DNA of 64,000 bases from Heterodontus francisci (taxonomy: Eukaryota): the NCBI RefSeq assembly GCF_036365525.1, contig NC_090385.1, positions 43,829,775 to 43,893,774 of the forward strand, in the 5' to 3' direction. Below are positions 51,235 to 64,000 of this stretch, piece after piece. The notes beneath the pieces were generated by a model. The model did not search any database and was not told the origin of the DNA. It saw nothing but the letters and a program-made list of their open reading frames with translations. Position 1 is the stretch's first letter. Each line of letters starts with the position of its first letter. A program made the position numbers and the translations under genes.

Positions 51235-53099
51235 TGTCACAGACTGGTGAGCGATGATAGGGATGGCTGCCCTTTTTTCCCCTCTCGACTGACCAGAGAC
51301 AGCACACTTTAAAATAAAATGTTTTAACCCTTGAGTGCTTTAATTTTCATGAACAGACAAATGACAGGTTTTCTCATAAATTTTATAAGATAAATGTTTA
51401 TTTTTCAACACCCAAAATATATGCAACGACACCAACTTTCACACTCATACAGTTACACACAAACACAGACCCAGATCTTATTCTCCTCCCAATGGCGGGT
51501 TTGGTGGTGGGGCTGGGCTGGAGAATTGGAGCAGCAGCAGCTGCCACGGAACCCAAAGCCGGGATTGCCGGTTCCGATTCTGCCGTGGGCGGGATAGGCT
51601 GATAACGGCCTTCCCACTCAGAGGTGAGTTGAGGCCCTTAAGTGGCCTATGAACAGCTGCTTAAGGGCCTCTTTGCACCACCGCTCGGATCTTTCCAGCG
51701 GCGGGGGTGGGGGGGGGTGGGGGGGGGCTCCACTGTGTTGAGAGGACATCTTGAAAAACAAGGTGCCCTTCTTGTGGGCTTGGGGGGGGGCCTCCTCCAT
51801 GGGGCCTCCTTCACGGCCCACAGAGGTCATCCACTGGGAACCAATTCACCCCCCGGGACCCCCCTCCCCCTGGACCGAATGCCCATCCCCACTCCCTCCA
51901 CCTCGCTGGGGCTCACCTACCTCTTCTCCGGGGTTCCAGCGCTGGGCCTGGGTCCAAAGCCTCTACAGTACCGGCAGTGGCCACTGCTCCAGGTGGTGCT
52001 GCTGATACTGCTGAGCTGCCAGGTCTGTGGTTGGCCAGCAGCTTTTGAGGGTGGGATTCCCATCCCTATTAAGTGTTTAAAGGGATGGGGATCCCTCCTC
52101 CTTAAAATTTCACCCCAAAAGACTAGAGGATCGCTTCGGGGAGCTGAAAAGTTGCAGAGGCAGGGTTCCCCTCGCCTTTTCGGCCTGGCGCCGGGACCCC
52201 GTTTCCTGCACAAAATCCAGCCCACACTCAAGAAGAGATAGAGATTATAAAGTAACATGTATTTAGCTCTTATGAATTTTTAAGAGTTCTCTGTTGCACT
52301 TGCTTTTCCCTGGGGTGAAGACTTGAAACGGTACAGGCCTGTAAACTTTTCTCTGTTCACTGAAGAAGAACTTGGGAGGTTTAGGAGAACGGATGCACTG
52401 TTGCAGATTTCTGTTGTTATTTTCCAGTCAAAGTTTCATGGTGAAATTCTGATATGATTTCTCAGGTGGGAGTTCAACGCCAACTCCAGTCTCTGCCTAC
52501 ATGTAGCTTAAAAGCTGGTGGTGTGAGGCAGGATCCTTTCTCTTTGATGGCACAGCTGTTTCTCTCTTTGTCTTTTGTCTGCCCAGAGTATACCTTTATT
52601 AAAACTTCTTATCAGAAACCTGGTTTCTGTCTGTGACCAGAGTTTCTCTTCTATTGAATTCATAAATAGTTTCTGATGGTTAGACCATTGTCAGAGAATG
52701 GAGTTCGTGTGTCACTCAATAACATACCATCTTGATAAAGTAGAGCTTTTCACACCCATTCTCTGGAGTTCAAGCTTACAGTCAAAAAGTCTACAACAAT
52801 ATTGTTAACCCAATCAGCTGGAGAATTGCAGCCATTACCATAAAAAGGAATGTTTGCATTTTAATGACTTCTCAAAGACTTGTCCAGACATGAAGATTAG
52901 CTCAGGGTTCTTGCAGTTCTTTGTGTATTGGCAGGAAAGAAAAGGTTGCCTGACATCTCAACTCCATTTTGATTTACAGGAAAAATGTTCATTTCGGGTT
53001 TATTTCATAAGTTCATTTTATAGTTTATATTGCTTGACTGTCCACCTCACAGATTTTGTCCCTCTCACTAGCTCGTGGATGCTAAGCTTAATTGTAACA
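51235..53099 (-). mobile_element. Possible solo LTR split by a MITE
   Basis: TGTCACA...TGTAACA ends and composition like 47463-48520; no TSD found. Confidence 0.35.
51468..52223. mobile_element. Harbinger-type MITE
   Basis: Right TIR AAAATCCAGCCC, degenerate left TIR, TSD ACA. Confidence 0.65.
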
Positions 53100-54113
53100 T
53101 TCCTACAGCAACCCAGGGTAAGATCAGATATCTCAGTACATGCCAGATATCAAACCTACAGGGGGAATTTTATGGGGCCTGCCAGAGCGGGAGACGTGGC
53201 GGAAGGGGTGATTTAATAAGGTGGGAGTCGAAATTTTTTTCCCTATGGCAGGTTGAGAAACTGAGATGAAATCAGTGGCATCTTTGTGGCAGGTCATTCT
53301 TCATACCATCCTGTGGTGGGTTCCAACTATAAATATATTTGCATGCAATAAATACTCATTTGCTTATAATTAATTGACTGAGGGGCATACAGGAATCTCA
53401 GGCAGCCACTTCACGGTTGTTTCAAAGTGGCGTTCAACAGTCGGCTTTGCGCGGTTGTATCTGAGGTCAGCAGTTTGGTTTGTTGAACTCGGTGGCACAA
53501 GGAAGGGATACAGGAGAATGGTAGCTTGGCTGGGGGCATGGGAATGGTAAGGGTGAAAGAGGGGTGAGGGGGTTGGGTGCAGGTGAACACAGGAGTGGCA
53601 GAGGGATCCAAGGGAGGACAGAGGATGGGTGAAGGGAAGAGTGAAGTGGGAAGGGCATGGTGTCTTGGATGTGGTGTGGAGCAAGGGGGACAGTCAATCA
53701 AGGTAAGGGAAAGAAGGGGCCTAAACGGAGGGGTCAGTACTGTCCACATAGGGGTCCTTGCTGGGAGATGGAACGATCACAGTCACAAGAGGGAGTTCAA
53801 TTCGGTAGGCGGGCAGGTCCAGCCTGAGTTTAGGGTATTCAAAGGTCTCAAAGGGCAGGTCAGGGGATCAAACAAGTACTCTAAGGATAATACGGGGTGG
53901 GTCTAGGATCAGAGGCGGCATGTCGATGGGGACAGGTGTAGGCTCAGGGGGGAGAGAGGACATGACCAATTGGATGGTGACAGGATCCAGGGTAATGGGG
54001 TTTGGTTGAAGGGTTAAAGAGGGAAGTTGCAAAGTGATGTTGGGAGGGTCAAGAGTGATGGGGACAGGAGGAGGGTGGAGGGTTATAGCCTCGAGATAGA
54101 AGCTCAAATGCAC

Positions 54114-55085
54114 TGTCATGAAGACCCCACCTGCCATGAAATATTAATTTCGTCATATGAAACATTAATTTTAAACTGTTGCTGGACTAAAGAGATGAAT
54201 TATTTAAAGAGATCAGCAGTGGTTGGAAAAATTTGCATTTTGGAGACAGCTACCGAGGAAAAGACAATGGAACTGCTCCCTGATCCAAATAACCCAAATG
54301 GATTTTGATCACCAGACATTGAAGGTAGAGCAAGACAGCATTCCATTCCTCCCCGACCCACCACCCCCTCCCCCACCCCCCCCCCCCCACCCCCCCCCAC
54401 TTCGGCTGTCTGCTATGATGAAAGGAATCCACAAAAATGCAGGAGTGTTTGTTGAAAGAAAAACTAGTCACATGACTAACCTGCTGGTCCAGGGTTTTTG
54501 AATTGTGCTCACAGGACAGGTTGAGAACGGAGACTACTTTGAAGACAACAGAGAAGGAAGGTCTCTCTCCCTGGCCCTCACTCTGTCTCATAAATTTCCA
54601 GATCCACTGATGCCACTTAAACCTCAAGAGAAAAGACTCCTACATCGAAACAAGTTTGAAAGCATGCACTGGGCCCCAACGAAATGGCAAAATTTAATTG
54701 CAATCAAAGACTCTACATCGAACTCAAAGGACAGTAAATGAACCCCAGCTATTGCTTCAAACTTTTCCCCTTTATTCTTACCCCCTTTTCTGTCTCTATC
54801 TGCGTGTGTGTTTATCACGTGTGCATGCTAGTGTGGTCGTGTCACATATTCGTAGCATTTTTAACTGAATTAGAGTTTTAAGGTTAATAAACTTACACCT
54901 TTCTTGTTTAAATCTAAGAAAACCTGTCTGGTTGATTTCTTTGCCTTACAATTGGAAAGCAGTGAACAAGGATTCACAGAGGTGGAGCTAAAAACACAGT
55001 GTTTTGAAAATTAAACCCTGTTACAGTCAAACTAGGCAAAGGCCGAGAGGGAACCCCTCGACCCCTTTCTTAGCTGATCGTAACA
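54114..55085 (+). mobile_element. Solo Gypsy LTR
   Basis: TGTCATG...GTAACA with a perfect 5-bp TSD TGCAC. Confidence 0.88.
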
Positions 55086-55774
55086 TGCACCATATTCTCA
55101 CAGTATCTCAAGACGCATGTGGGGCTGCAAGGATTGCAGATCAAAGTGGGAGGGAGCCAGAGTGGGGTGGGTGTAGTTTAGCAACTCACTGCTTATCAAT
55201 TCTAGGGATGAAATCAATGGACAAAGATGTTTTCATTTCCCTGTCTGCCTTATGAACACAGTTATATAATTAGAATAACCTGGGTCTCATATACCCAATT
55301 TTTAATGAAGCAGGTGGAGAGGATGCTGCTAAGGAGGGCCCCTGCGACATAACAACTGAATCTGCAATGCCAGTAGCAGGCAGCACGACAGTGTACAAAT
55401 GGGAGGGCCAGCACAGCCTGCAGCTGCAGCCATGTCCCACAGACTGTCAAGTGCAAAACTGCATAGTCAAGTGAACATTCATTGAAGTTTGATCGATGAA
55501 ACTCAATATTGTGACTTTCACATTAAATGCAATATCCATACCTCCTCTGTAAGCATCAGAGTGTGCCAACCATGAGTCATAGTATTACATTTAGCTCTCC
55601 GACTAAGCTCATCCAAACAAGATGAAGTTAATGCATACATGAGCAATTTTAAACAGATATATTGTGAAATATTTACACGTGAGAAAAATAGTTAATGAAT
55701 TCCCGTGCCACTTTCGTGCTCTCAGTAACTCTTATGTTTACATATGATCACTACGTCTTGGTGCAAGCTCGACA

Positions 55775-57385
55775 TCAGCAGCTGAGATGGAGGCCTTCTG
55801 CTCTATGCTGCCCCGTTGCTTTTGATGACCATGGTGGGCATCCTCTGGAGGTCCAAGGCCTTGAGGGCTCTGGCCTTATGGAGGTCTCCTGCACTGGTGC
55901 AGGGGCATCCTCCGTGGCCTCACCTACTAGATGTAATGGGATCAATGTCAGAGGGGATGAGGAGTGGATGCTCACCCCCGGGATGTCCTGAGCCGACGGC
56001 CCCAGCGCAGTTGGCAAGCACTCCTCATCCATCTGGGCACGCAATGACACCTGCCTGTCTCCCTGAGGAGTAGGGGCACCTAGTGGGAGGTCCATATGCC
56101 TCGTCTCCCTCTCGCTTAGCCACTGTTGCACTGAGCCCGTGTCTAGAGCGATGGAATGCGGGTCGCAGCGGTGTGGGTCGAGTGATCTATCTGGCTCTCC
56201 ATGGCTTGACTGGACTTCTCCATCACTTGCGTAAGGCTGTGCATGACCTCTGGCATCTCCGAGATATGTTCTTTTGCTGCATGTCCAGCAGGCTTATTGT
56301 GGCCGCTACCAGATGCCTGTAATCAGTGGGGGTCTCAGCAGTGGCCTGGTCCCCAGCAGTCATCCGAGTGTCAGGGGACCAAGCTGTCACAGTCTCCATC
56401 TGCTCCTGTAATGTGTACATGTTGTGTTCACCAGAGTGTGACCCTGATTCTAAATGAGACCCCTCCACGACCTATGTGGGTGTAACTGTGCTGGCAGAGG
56501 TTGATGAAGAGGCAAGTGATGGTGCATCCTCTGGGACAGTGGAGTGATGGTGCATCCTCTGGGACAGTGGTGCCATTGTCGCAGAGGTGGAGTCTTTAGG
56601 TTCTTTTCGCAGTTGAGGCCTGGACCTGGGATTGCAATGAACTGCAGTGGAGAACAAACAGAACCACATTAAGGCTCATCACAATATGAGAGCTACACAA
56701 TTCCTCACGTTCCACCTGTGTGCCTATATGCCATCGCCAGATTGAATGCATTTCTGTGCATTCCAGCCTTGCCGTCTGCTACTGCTCTTCCTCCCTTCCC
56801 TTCTGTGAGCTGCAGGGCCTCTTCCTCAGCAGGGTTGAGACGCCTCAGGTCAGGGACACCATCTCCAGCCTTAGTTCTTTCTTGAGCATTACGACTGTGA
56901 TTGTCCTGCATGACAAAGTGCAGAGTTATTTACATCTCAAGTGACACCTAACCCCGTTGACTGTAGGCATCCCTATCACACATGCTGTCTTGTCAATCGC
57001 AAGTTACATCCAAGTGCTCATATCTGCCAAGCTTTCACTCGATTTGGCCTCAGTTATAATGTGATACTGAGGCTGACCTACCCACTCACAAATTTACATT
57101 GTTGTCAACCCCACAAGAAATCCTTTGGTACGATGTGACCATCACACCTACCCTGGAAGATCAGAGCAGGTCGTTGACCCTTTTCCTACACTGCAGCTAT
57201 GTTCTCCGATGGATTCCATGGTTGCTCACCTCCTCTGCTACCTCTGTCCAGGCCATCTTGGTCAGGTGAAAGGGTTTCTTGGTGCCATCTTGGAGAAATA
57301 GCACTTCCTGCCTTTCCCTAATGGTCTGGAGGAGAACCTGCAGGGAGGCATCACTTAACTGTGGGGTCAGTCTATGCCTACTCAT
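55775..57385 (-). pseudogene. Three-exon Myb/SANT-like gene of Harbinger
   Basis: Exon 1 (57385-57152) MSRHRLTPQLSDASLQVLLQTIRERQEVLF...AWTEVAEEVS...RT*LQCRKRVNDLL with GTAGGT donor; exon 2 DNHSRNAQERTKAGDG from 56905; last exon similar to 12820-12860. Confidence 0.8.
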
Positions 57386-58450
57386 AGAAATTGGATGTGA
57401 TTGAGGAAGATCAAATACAATAAAGACCAATGGAAAGATGAATGATGGGGGAGAAGTTTGAATGGGGGTCAAGGGCAAGAACTGCTGGTCTGAAAAAAAT
57501 AGATACTTTACTAAGGTTTAGAAACTAGCCAGTTACGTTGTGGCCGTGATGCCGAGCATCACTGTTTGTCCAGAGGGCTGTTTTATAGCCCTGCTGTAAC
57601 TTGTGCATTGTTAAATGATGCCAACTTTCACCATCGAAAAGCTTCCTCCGACGTGTGATCCCACGGTTCTCTCATGCCCACCGCTGGCCCTTGATATTTT
57701 AATTTTAAATCGGGTGGGAACTGGATCCTGACACAAAGGCAGAAGTGCCGCCCACTTCCACTTCTACCGTTGAGAACGGCGTGCCATTAATAAAATACCA
57801 CCCACAATGTGGGACCTTCTTAGTCTACATGGTTCAGTTCCATTGCAGCTTGAAGAACAGTTTTTTGCGACTAAATTTGCGACTTATTCCTTCAGTGGTA
57901 CTGCCGTGTCTTGTCTCCTATAGCAACACCACCGCTATTTGTGACATATTGTGGAAATTCTGAAATGGTTTGAATGCTCTGGGGAAGAAGGCGAGAATGA
58001 ATCAGGAAGATGAGCAGATAAAGAGAGCTGCGTCTGTGAACAAAATTATATCATTATTGTAGGAGATTTCAAGGGTCATATTGTTTGGATAGTGTGCTTT
58101 AAAGGGCCAATGCTGCTGTGGATGTGACACTTTCAGGTGATATGCTTATGTTATGGCCTAGAAATTCAGTCATGCTGTACCCATTTTCCAGGTGTGAGCA
58201 ATCAACTCAGCATCGAGCAGGGATAGAACATGTGATCTTTCTGGTTTGCATGGTTCAGTGCCAAAGTGGGAGGTGTACTTTCTCAACAAAACTACTGGGG
58301 GAGCCTCTTATAGCATTTTAATACATTTCCATATTACTTTGGCATGGTGATAAAATCAGTTCCAGTTATCTTGTTAGTTGCTCCCAGCAGGGGCTAATAT
58401 CCTTTGAGATGCTCACAGACCATCTCTCCTTCAATCTACAGAAAGAACAA

Positions 58451-61031
58451 TTAGAATTAGAATTAGAACATTACAGCGCAGTACAGGCCCTTCGGCCCTC
58501 GATGTTGCGCCGACCTGTGAAACCATCTGACCTACACTATTCCATTTTCATCCATATGTCTATCCAATGACCACTTAAATGCCCTTAAAGTTGGCAAGTC
58601 TACCACTGTTGCAGGCAGGGCGTTCCACGCCCCTACTACTCTTTGAGTAAAGAAAGTACCTCTAACATCTGTCCTATATCTATCACCCCTCAACTTAAAG
58701 CTATGTCCCCTCGTGTTTGCCATCACCATCTGAGGAAAAAGACTCTCACTATCCACCCTATCTAACCCTCTGATTATCAGATATGTCTCTATTAAGTCAC
58801 CTCTCCTCCTCCTTCTCTCCAACGAAAACAACCTCAAGTCCCTCAGCCTTTCCTCGTAAGACCTTCCCTCCATACCAGGCAACATCCTAGTAAATCTCCT
58901 CTGCACCCTTTCCAAAGCTTCCACATCCTTCCTATAATGCGGTGACCAGAACTGCACGCAATACTCCAGGTGCGGTCTCACCAGAGTTTTGTACAGCTGC
59001 AGCATGACCTCGTGGCTCCGAAACTCGATCCCCCTACTAATAAAAGCTAACACACCATATGCCTTCTTAACAGCCCTGTTAACCTGGGTAGCAACTTTCA
59101 GGGATTTATGTACCTGGACACCAAGATCTCTCTGTTCATCTACACTACCAAGAATCTTCCCATTAGCCCAGTACTCTGCATTCCTGTTACTCCTTCCAAA
59201 GTGAATCACCTCACACTTTTCCGCATTAAACTCTATTTGCCATCTCTCAGCCCAGCTCTGCAGCCTATGTATGTCCCTCTGTACCCTACAACATCCTTCG
59301 GCACTATCCACAACTCCACCGACCTTCGTGTCATCCGCAAATTTACTAACCCACCCTTTTACACCCTCTTCCAGGTCATTTATAAAAATGACAAACAGCA
59401 GTGGCCCCAAAACAGATCCTTGCGGTACACCACTAGTAACTAAACTCCAGGATGAACATTTGCCATCAACCACCACCCTCTGTCTTCTTTCAGCTAGCCA
59501 ATTTCTGATCCAAAGCTCTAAATCACCTTCAACCCCATACTTCCGTATTTTCTACAATAGCCTACCGTGGGGAACCTTATCAAATGCCTTACTGAAATCC
59601 ATATACACCACATCCACTGCTTTGCCCTCATCCACCTGTTTGGTCACCTTCTCGAAAAACTCAATAAGGTTTGTGAGGCACGACCTACCCTTCACAAAAC
59701 CATGCTGACTATCGCTAATGAACTTATTCTGTTCAAGATGATTATAAATCCTGTCTCTTATAACCTTTTCCAACATTTTACCCACAACCGAAGTAAGGCG
59801 CACAGGTCTATAATTACCAGGGCTGTCTCTACTCCCCTTCTTGAACAAGGGGACAACATTTGCTATCCTCCACTCTTCCGGCACTATTCCTGTCGACAAT
59901 GACGACACAAAGAACAAGGACAAAGGCTCTGCAATCTCCTCCCTGGCTTCCCAGAGAATCCTAGGATAAATCCCATCTGGCCCAGGGGACTTATCTATTT
60001 TCACACTTTCCAAAATTGCTAACACCTCCTCCTTGTGAACCTCAATCCCATCTAGCCTAGTAGTCTGAATCTCAGTATTCTCCTCAACAACATTTTCTTT
60101 CTCTACTGTAAATACTGACGAAAAATATTCATTTAACGCTTCCCCTATCTCCTCTGATTCCACACACAACTTCCCACTACTATCCTTGATTGGCCCTAAT
60201 CTAACTCTAGTCATTCTTTTATTCCTGATATACCTATAGAAAGCCTTAGGGTTTTCCTTGATCCGATCCGCCAATGACTTCTCGTGTCCTCTCCTTGCTC
60301 TTCTTAGCTCTCCCTTTAGATCCTTCCTGGCTAGCTTGTAACTCTCAAGCGCCCTAACTGAGCCTTCACGTCTCATCCTAACATAAGCCTTCTTCTTCCT
60401 CTTGACAAGCGCTTCAACTTCTTTAGTAAACCACGGCTCCCTCGCTCGACAACTTCCTCCCTGCCTGACAGGTACATACTTATCAAGGACACGCAGTAGC
60501 TGCTCCTTGAATAAGCTCCACATTTCGATTGTGTCCATCCCCTGCAGTTTCCTTCCCCATCCTACGCATCCTAAATCTTGCCTAATCGCATCATAATTTC
60601 CTTTCCCCCAGCTATAATTCTTGCCCTGCGGTATATACCTGTCCCTGCCCATCGCTAAGGTAAACCTAACCGAATTGTGATCACTATCACCAAAGTGCTC
60701 ACCTACATCTAAATCTAACACCTGGCCGGGTTCATTACCCAGTACCAAATCCAATGTGGCATCGCCCCTGGTTGGCCAGTCTACATATTGTGTCAGAAAA
60801 CCCTCCTGCACACACTGGACAAAAACTGACCCATCTAAAGTACTCGAACTATAGTATTTCCAGTCAATATTTGGAAAGTTAAAGTCCCCCATAACAACTA
60901 CCCTGTTACTCTCGCCCCTGTTGAGAATCATCTTCGCTATCCTTTCCTCTACATCTCTGGAACTATTCGGAGGTCTATGGAAGACTCCCAACAGGGTGAC
61001 CTCTCCTCTCCTGTTTCTAACCTCGGCCCAT
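58451..61031 (-). mobile_element. Relatively young 5'-truncated CR1 LINE
   Basis: Long ORF2 pieces of 479 aa and 314 aa (EN C-terminus plus RT); (TTCTAA)n tail. Confidence 0.96.
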
Positions 61032-61202
61032 TGAAGCTACTATTGTGTGCTATTTGACACTATAAATGCCATGCATCTCATCTCCCGTTAGAGGTTATGG
61101 ATGAGAATTTGGGTGCTTTGAGTGCCCTAGGAACTTCAAAATGACATCCGCAGCATGCATACACACTTGTGGGGTGAATTGCACCAAATGCCATATTGGT
61201 CA

Positions 61203-63655
61203 GTATAGTACAAGGGTATCAAAGGGTTAATCTTGACAGAATGTAAAGATTACCACCCACCATGGTGATGTAAGAGATCATGTAGGAGAGACTCGAGAAT
61301 AGGTACAGCATGGCTTTGGAATGAAACCCACAGGCTAGTGTGAAGTGTATATAGTTACAGAATCACAGAATTGTTACAGAGGAACAGGAGGTCATTCGGC
61401 CCATGAAGAGAAAAAAAACCACATACCGTAGAAGGCGGAAAAAAGCTCCATAGAACAGAAGCGTGGCTGAAAAGCAAATGATTGGGTGAGTCATTGTGCC
61501 AACAATCGAGAAATCCTGGTTAAAAAAAAGCCTTAGAAGAGCTTTAAAAATTAATTTTCTGCAGGATCCCTGTGACCGAGAGAGAGAGGAAAAAGGGATA
61601 AACCCAATCCCTCACTCGGGCTGAACGTGAGGGCGGAAAACAGGAAAACCCTGAAAAGCGCGCAAACTGCAAAAGAAGTCCCATCGTGAAAAAAGCACAG
61701 GAAACCCCTGAGCACAGCAGAATTTCCATTAATGCAGCTAAGCTGAAGAGAAAAGAAAAAAAAATTATTATAACAGTCAAGCTTGAATAAAGCTCTGGCT
61801 AAAAAAAAAGCAACTGGAACTGTATCGAACAGCTCTGTCAAGTCCATTTTGTAGTTGTGTCAACATTTCTGTGAACTGATGAAAGAAAGGAGAAGTCCCT
61901 ACCAGGTGTCTAAAACAAACAGGGAACACTGTCAAGCACCTGCTACACTGCTACCTTCCATCAAAGCAAGCTAGCCTGAAAAAAAAAATCCTTAACGGGG
62001 AACACTCTTAAAAAGTCGATCAAAATTTTTAAAAATGGATCAAAATGTGGGAATGCCAGAGAGTTTCAAATGTCATGAAGGATCCAATCAGACTCAAAAC
62101 TGGGTACTATGGAGGAAAAGGTTCCTCTGATACAGAATCACATCGAAATTGGACAGCAGGTCTGAAACAGGGCAAGTGAATACATTATTATATTTAATTG
62201 ATGCAGTAGCTGATGTAATAGTAAGACAACGTATTGATGAAATATCAGCCAAATTTGACGAAGTCTTAAATGCTTGCGATTCCTACTTCAATTTGCGCAG
62301 CAATCACAGACCAATCCTGCAAGGTGAGAAAAGACCTTGGTGCAGGAAACCTGCTGTAATTGTTTAGTTCCTTCACTATAGGGCTGAACAAGAAGCATCA
62401 GGAAAAAGGTACATGGGGGAAGAATGAAAAGCGCCTTTAAACCCTGCCAGCGCTATGGTGCAAAATATCCCACCAGCATGAAAAATGTCCTGCCAGCAAA
62501 ATGCTTCAGTGCAGAAAAATAGGGCACTTCAGTAAGATGTCTGAAATAAATCTCGACTACCTCAACCTCTGAAGGAAAAGTAGTTAAGAATAGAGAGGTA
62601 ATTAAAGATACACAACCTCCTGCAGCAGACAAATCAAAATACTTTATGGGCAAAAACAATGATCCAAAACAGCATTTTGGTAAGCAGAGGTATATGTGAA
62701 CGGACGTTATCACTAATTTCAAACTTGACACCGGAGCAAGTGGGACGGTCCTGTCAGATAAAGAGCCGTGGCTATCCACACACATTCTGCAACCTACAGA
62801 AACTCAGTTACATGGCCCAGGAGGTGTTGTACTTGAAGTAAGGGGGAAGTTACAGCGACACTTCAATATAAGGGAAAGCAGATATTAGAAACACTGTATG
62901 TCCGAAACTGTGGGCGGCACAGTGGCGCAGTGGTTAGCACCGCAGCCTCACAGCTCCAGGGACCCAGGTTCGATTCCGGGTACTGCCTGTGTGGAGTTTG
63001 CAAGTTCTCCCTGTGTCTGCGTGGGTTTTCTCCGGGTGCTCCGGTTTCCTCCCACAAGCCAAAAGACTTGTAGGTTGATAGGTAAATTGGCCATTATAAA
63101 TTGTCACTAGTATAGGTAGGTGGTAGGGAAATATAGGGACAGGTGGGGATGTTTGGTAGGAATATGGGATTAGTGTAGGATTAGTATAAATGGGTGGTTG
63201 ATGTTCGGCACAGACTCGGTGGGCCGAAGGGCCTGTTTCAGTGCTGTATCTCTAATCTAATCTAATCAATCAGGAGTTCTTACTCTTAAGTTGAAGAGCT
63301 TGTATTGTCCTTCATCTTATAAAGAAAGTTGAAGAAGATAAACAAGAAGAATCCAGGAACCAGGACAGAGGGAGAGCCCCCCCCCACCCACCCCCACCAC
63401 CAACATGACCCGAGCACTGCAGAGTCCGGATTCTGCCAGAGAGCCCGCAAAATGCGGAGAGAACCGATACAACACAGCACAGCCCGCCATGCCACTCAAA
63501 GAGTACAAGAGCGAGAAAGAGAAAGTACGAGACAAAAAAAAATTGTATTGAAACCAACAGACCCATAATTAGAACAGAAGATACTGTACAAGAAACCTAC
63601 CAAAGTTATCAGAAGGGCAAAAAGTATGGGTACAAGACCAAAATAGAGAAGGGCA
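61203..63655 (+). mobile_element. Decayed Gypsy LTR retrotransposon (LTR, gag, protease)
   Basis: gag-like WRKRFL*YRITSKLD...QVNTLLY; knuckle remnant CRKIGHF near 62510; protease FKLDTGA near 62720. Confidence 0.75.
62912..63267 (+). mobile_element. HE1-type SINE
   Basis: A and B boxes (GGTTCGATTCC), near-identical to 17525, (TCTAA)n tail. Confidence 0.93.
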
Positions 63656-63980
63656 ATAGAGTCATACAGCACTGAAACAGGCCCTTTTGCCCACCGAGTC
63701 TGTGCTGACCATCAACCACCCATTTATACTAATCCTACATTAATCCCATATTCCCTACCACATTCCCTCAATTCCCCTACCACCTACCTACACTAAGGGC
63801 AATTTATAATGGCCAATTTATCTATCAATCTGCAAGTCTTTGGCTGTGGGAGGAAACCAGAGCACCCAGCAGAAACCCACACTGTCACAGGGAGAACTTG
63901 CAAACTCCGCACAGGCAGTACCCAGAACCGAACCTGGGTTATTGGAGCTGTGAGGCTATGGTGCTAACTGCTGCACCACC
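63656..63980 (-). mobile_element. HE1-type SINE, older copy
   Basis: Reverse complement of the 62912 copy with more substitutions. Confidence 0.9.
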
Positions 63981-64000
63981 TCATCTTTCTCCAGAAAGAT

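Larger units (their letters stand above)
53161..57803 (-). mobile_element. Harbinger element carrying a Myb gene, with a nested solo LTR
   Basis: GGGGGAATTTTA and TAAAATACCACCC termini, TSD ACA. Confidence 0.65.

Noticed and set aside
51642-52241. 199-aa ORF
   Set aside because: GC-rich MITE interior, low complexity, no recognisable domain
54350-54400. C-rich run as G-quadruplex element
   Set aside because: Low-complexity tract inside an LTR, with no evidence of function
56514-56570. 28-bp tandem duplication, and 15-bp PSTSA repeat near 13475
   Set aside because: Simple slippage in dead Myb pseudogenes
57830-58033. Minus-strand exon after a TTTTGTTCACAG acceptor
   Set aside because: All three frames hit stops before a convincing donor and no homology was recognised
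59552-60991. 479-aa and other long RT-like ORFs as host genes
   Set aside because: All are LINE ORF2 fragments with stops, frameshifts or 5' truncation

Overview
Eukaryotic, repeat-saturated vertebrate DNA. The repeat inventory (HE1-type tRNA SINEs, a DeuSINE relic, many CR1/HER1-type LINEs) indicates a cartilaginous fish, most likely a shark. No intact host gene was recognised, only weak candidate exons and one possible conserved non-coding island. Nearly the whole window is decayed, deeply nested transposons: CR1 LINEs, a second CR1-clade (Zenon-like) LINE family, a Tx1-clade LINE, an L2 tail, Gypsy elements and solo LTRs, and PIF/Harbinger elements and MITEs. Main points of interest: (i) two Penelope-type terminal repeats with minimal hammerhead ribozyme motifs inserted about 520 nt apart in the Tx1 element; (ii) the Tx1 element sits inside a ~64-bp tandem repeat, suggesting target specificity; (iii) three Harbinger elements carry intron-containing Myb/SANT genes but little or no transposase; (iv) one old CR1 has been stretched to ~15 kb by nested insertions; (v) a non-autonomous Gmr1-like Gypsy element has a 33-bp collapsed 3' LTR. 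All calls are from reading the sequence by eye; family names come from recalled motifs, not database searches.
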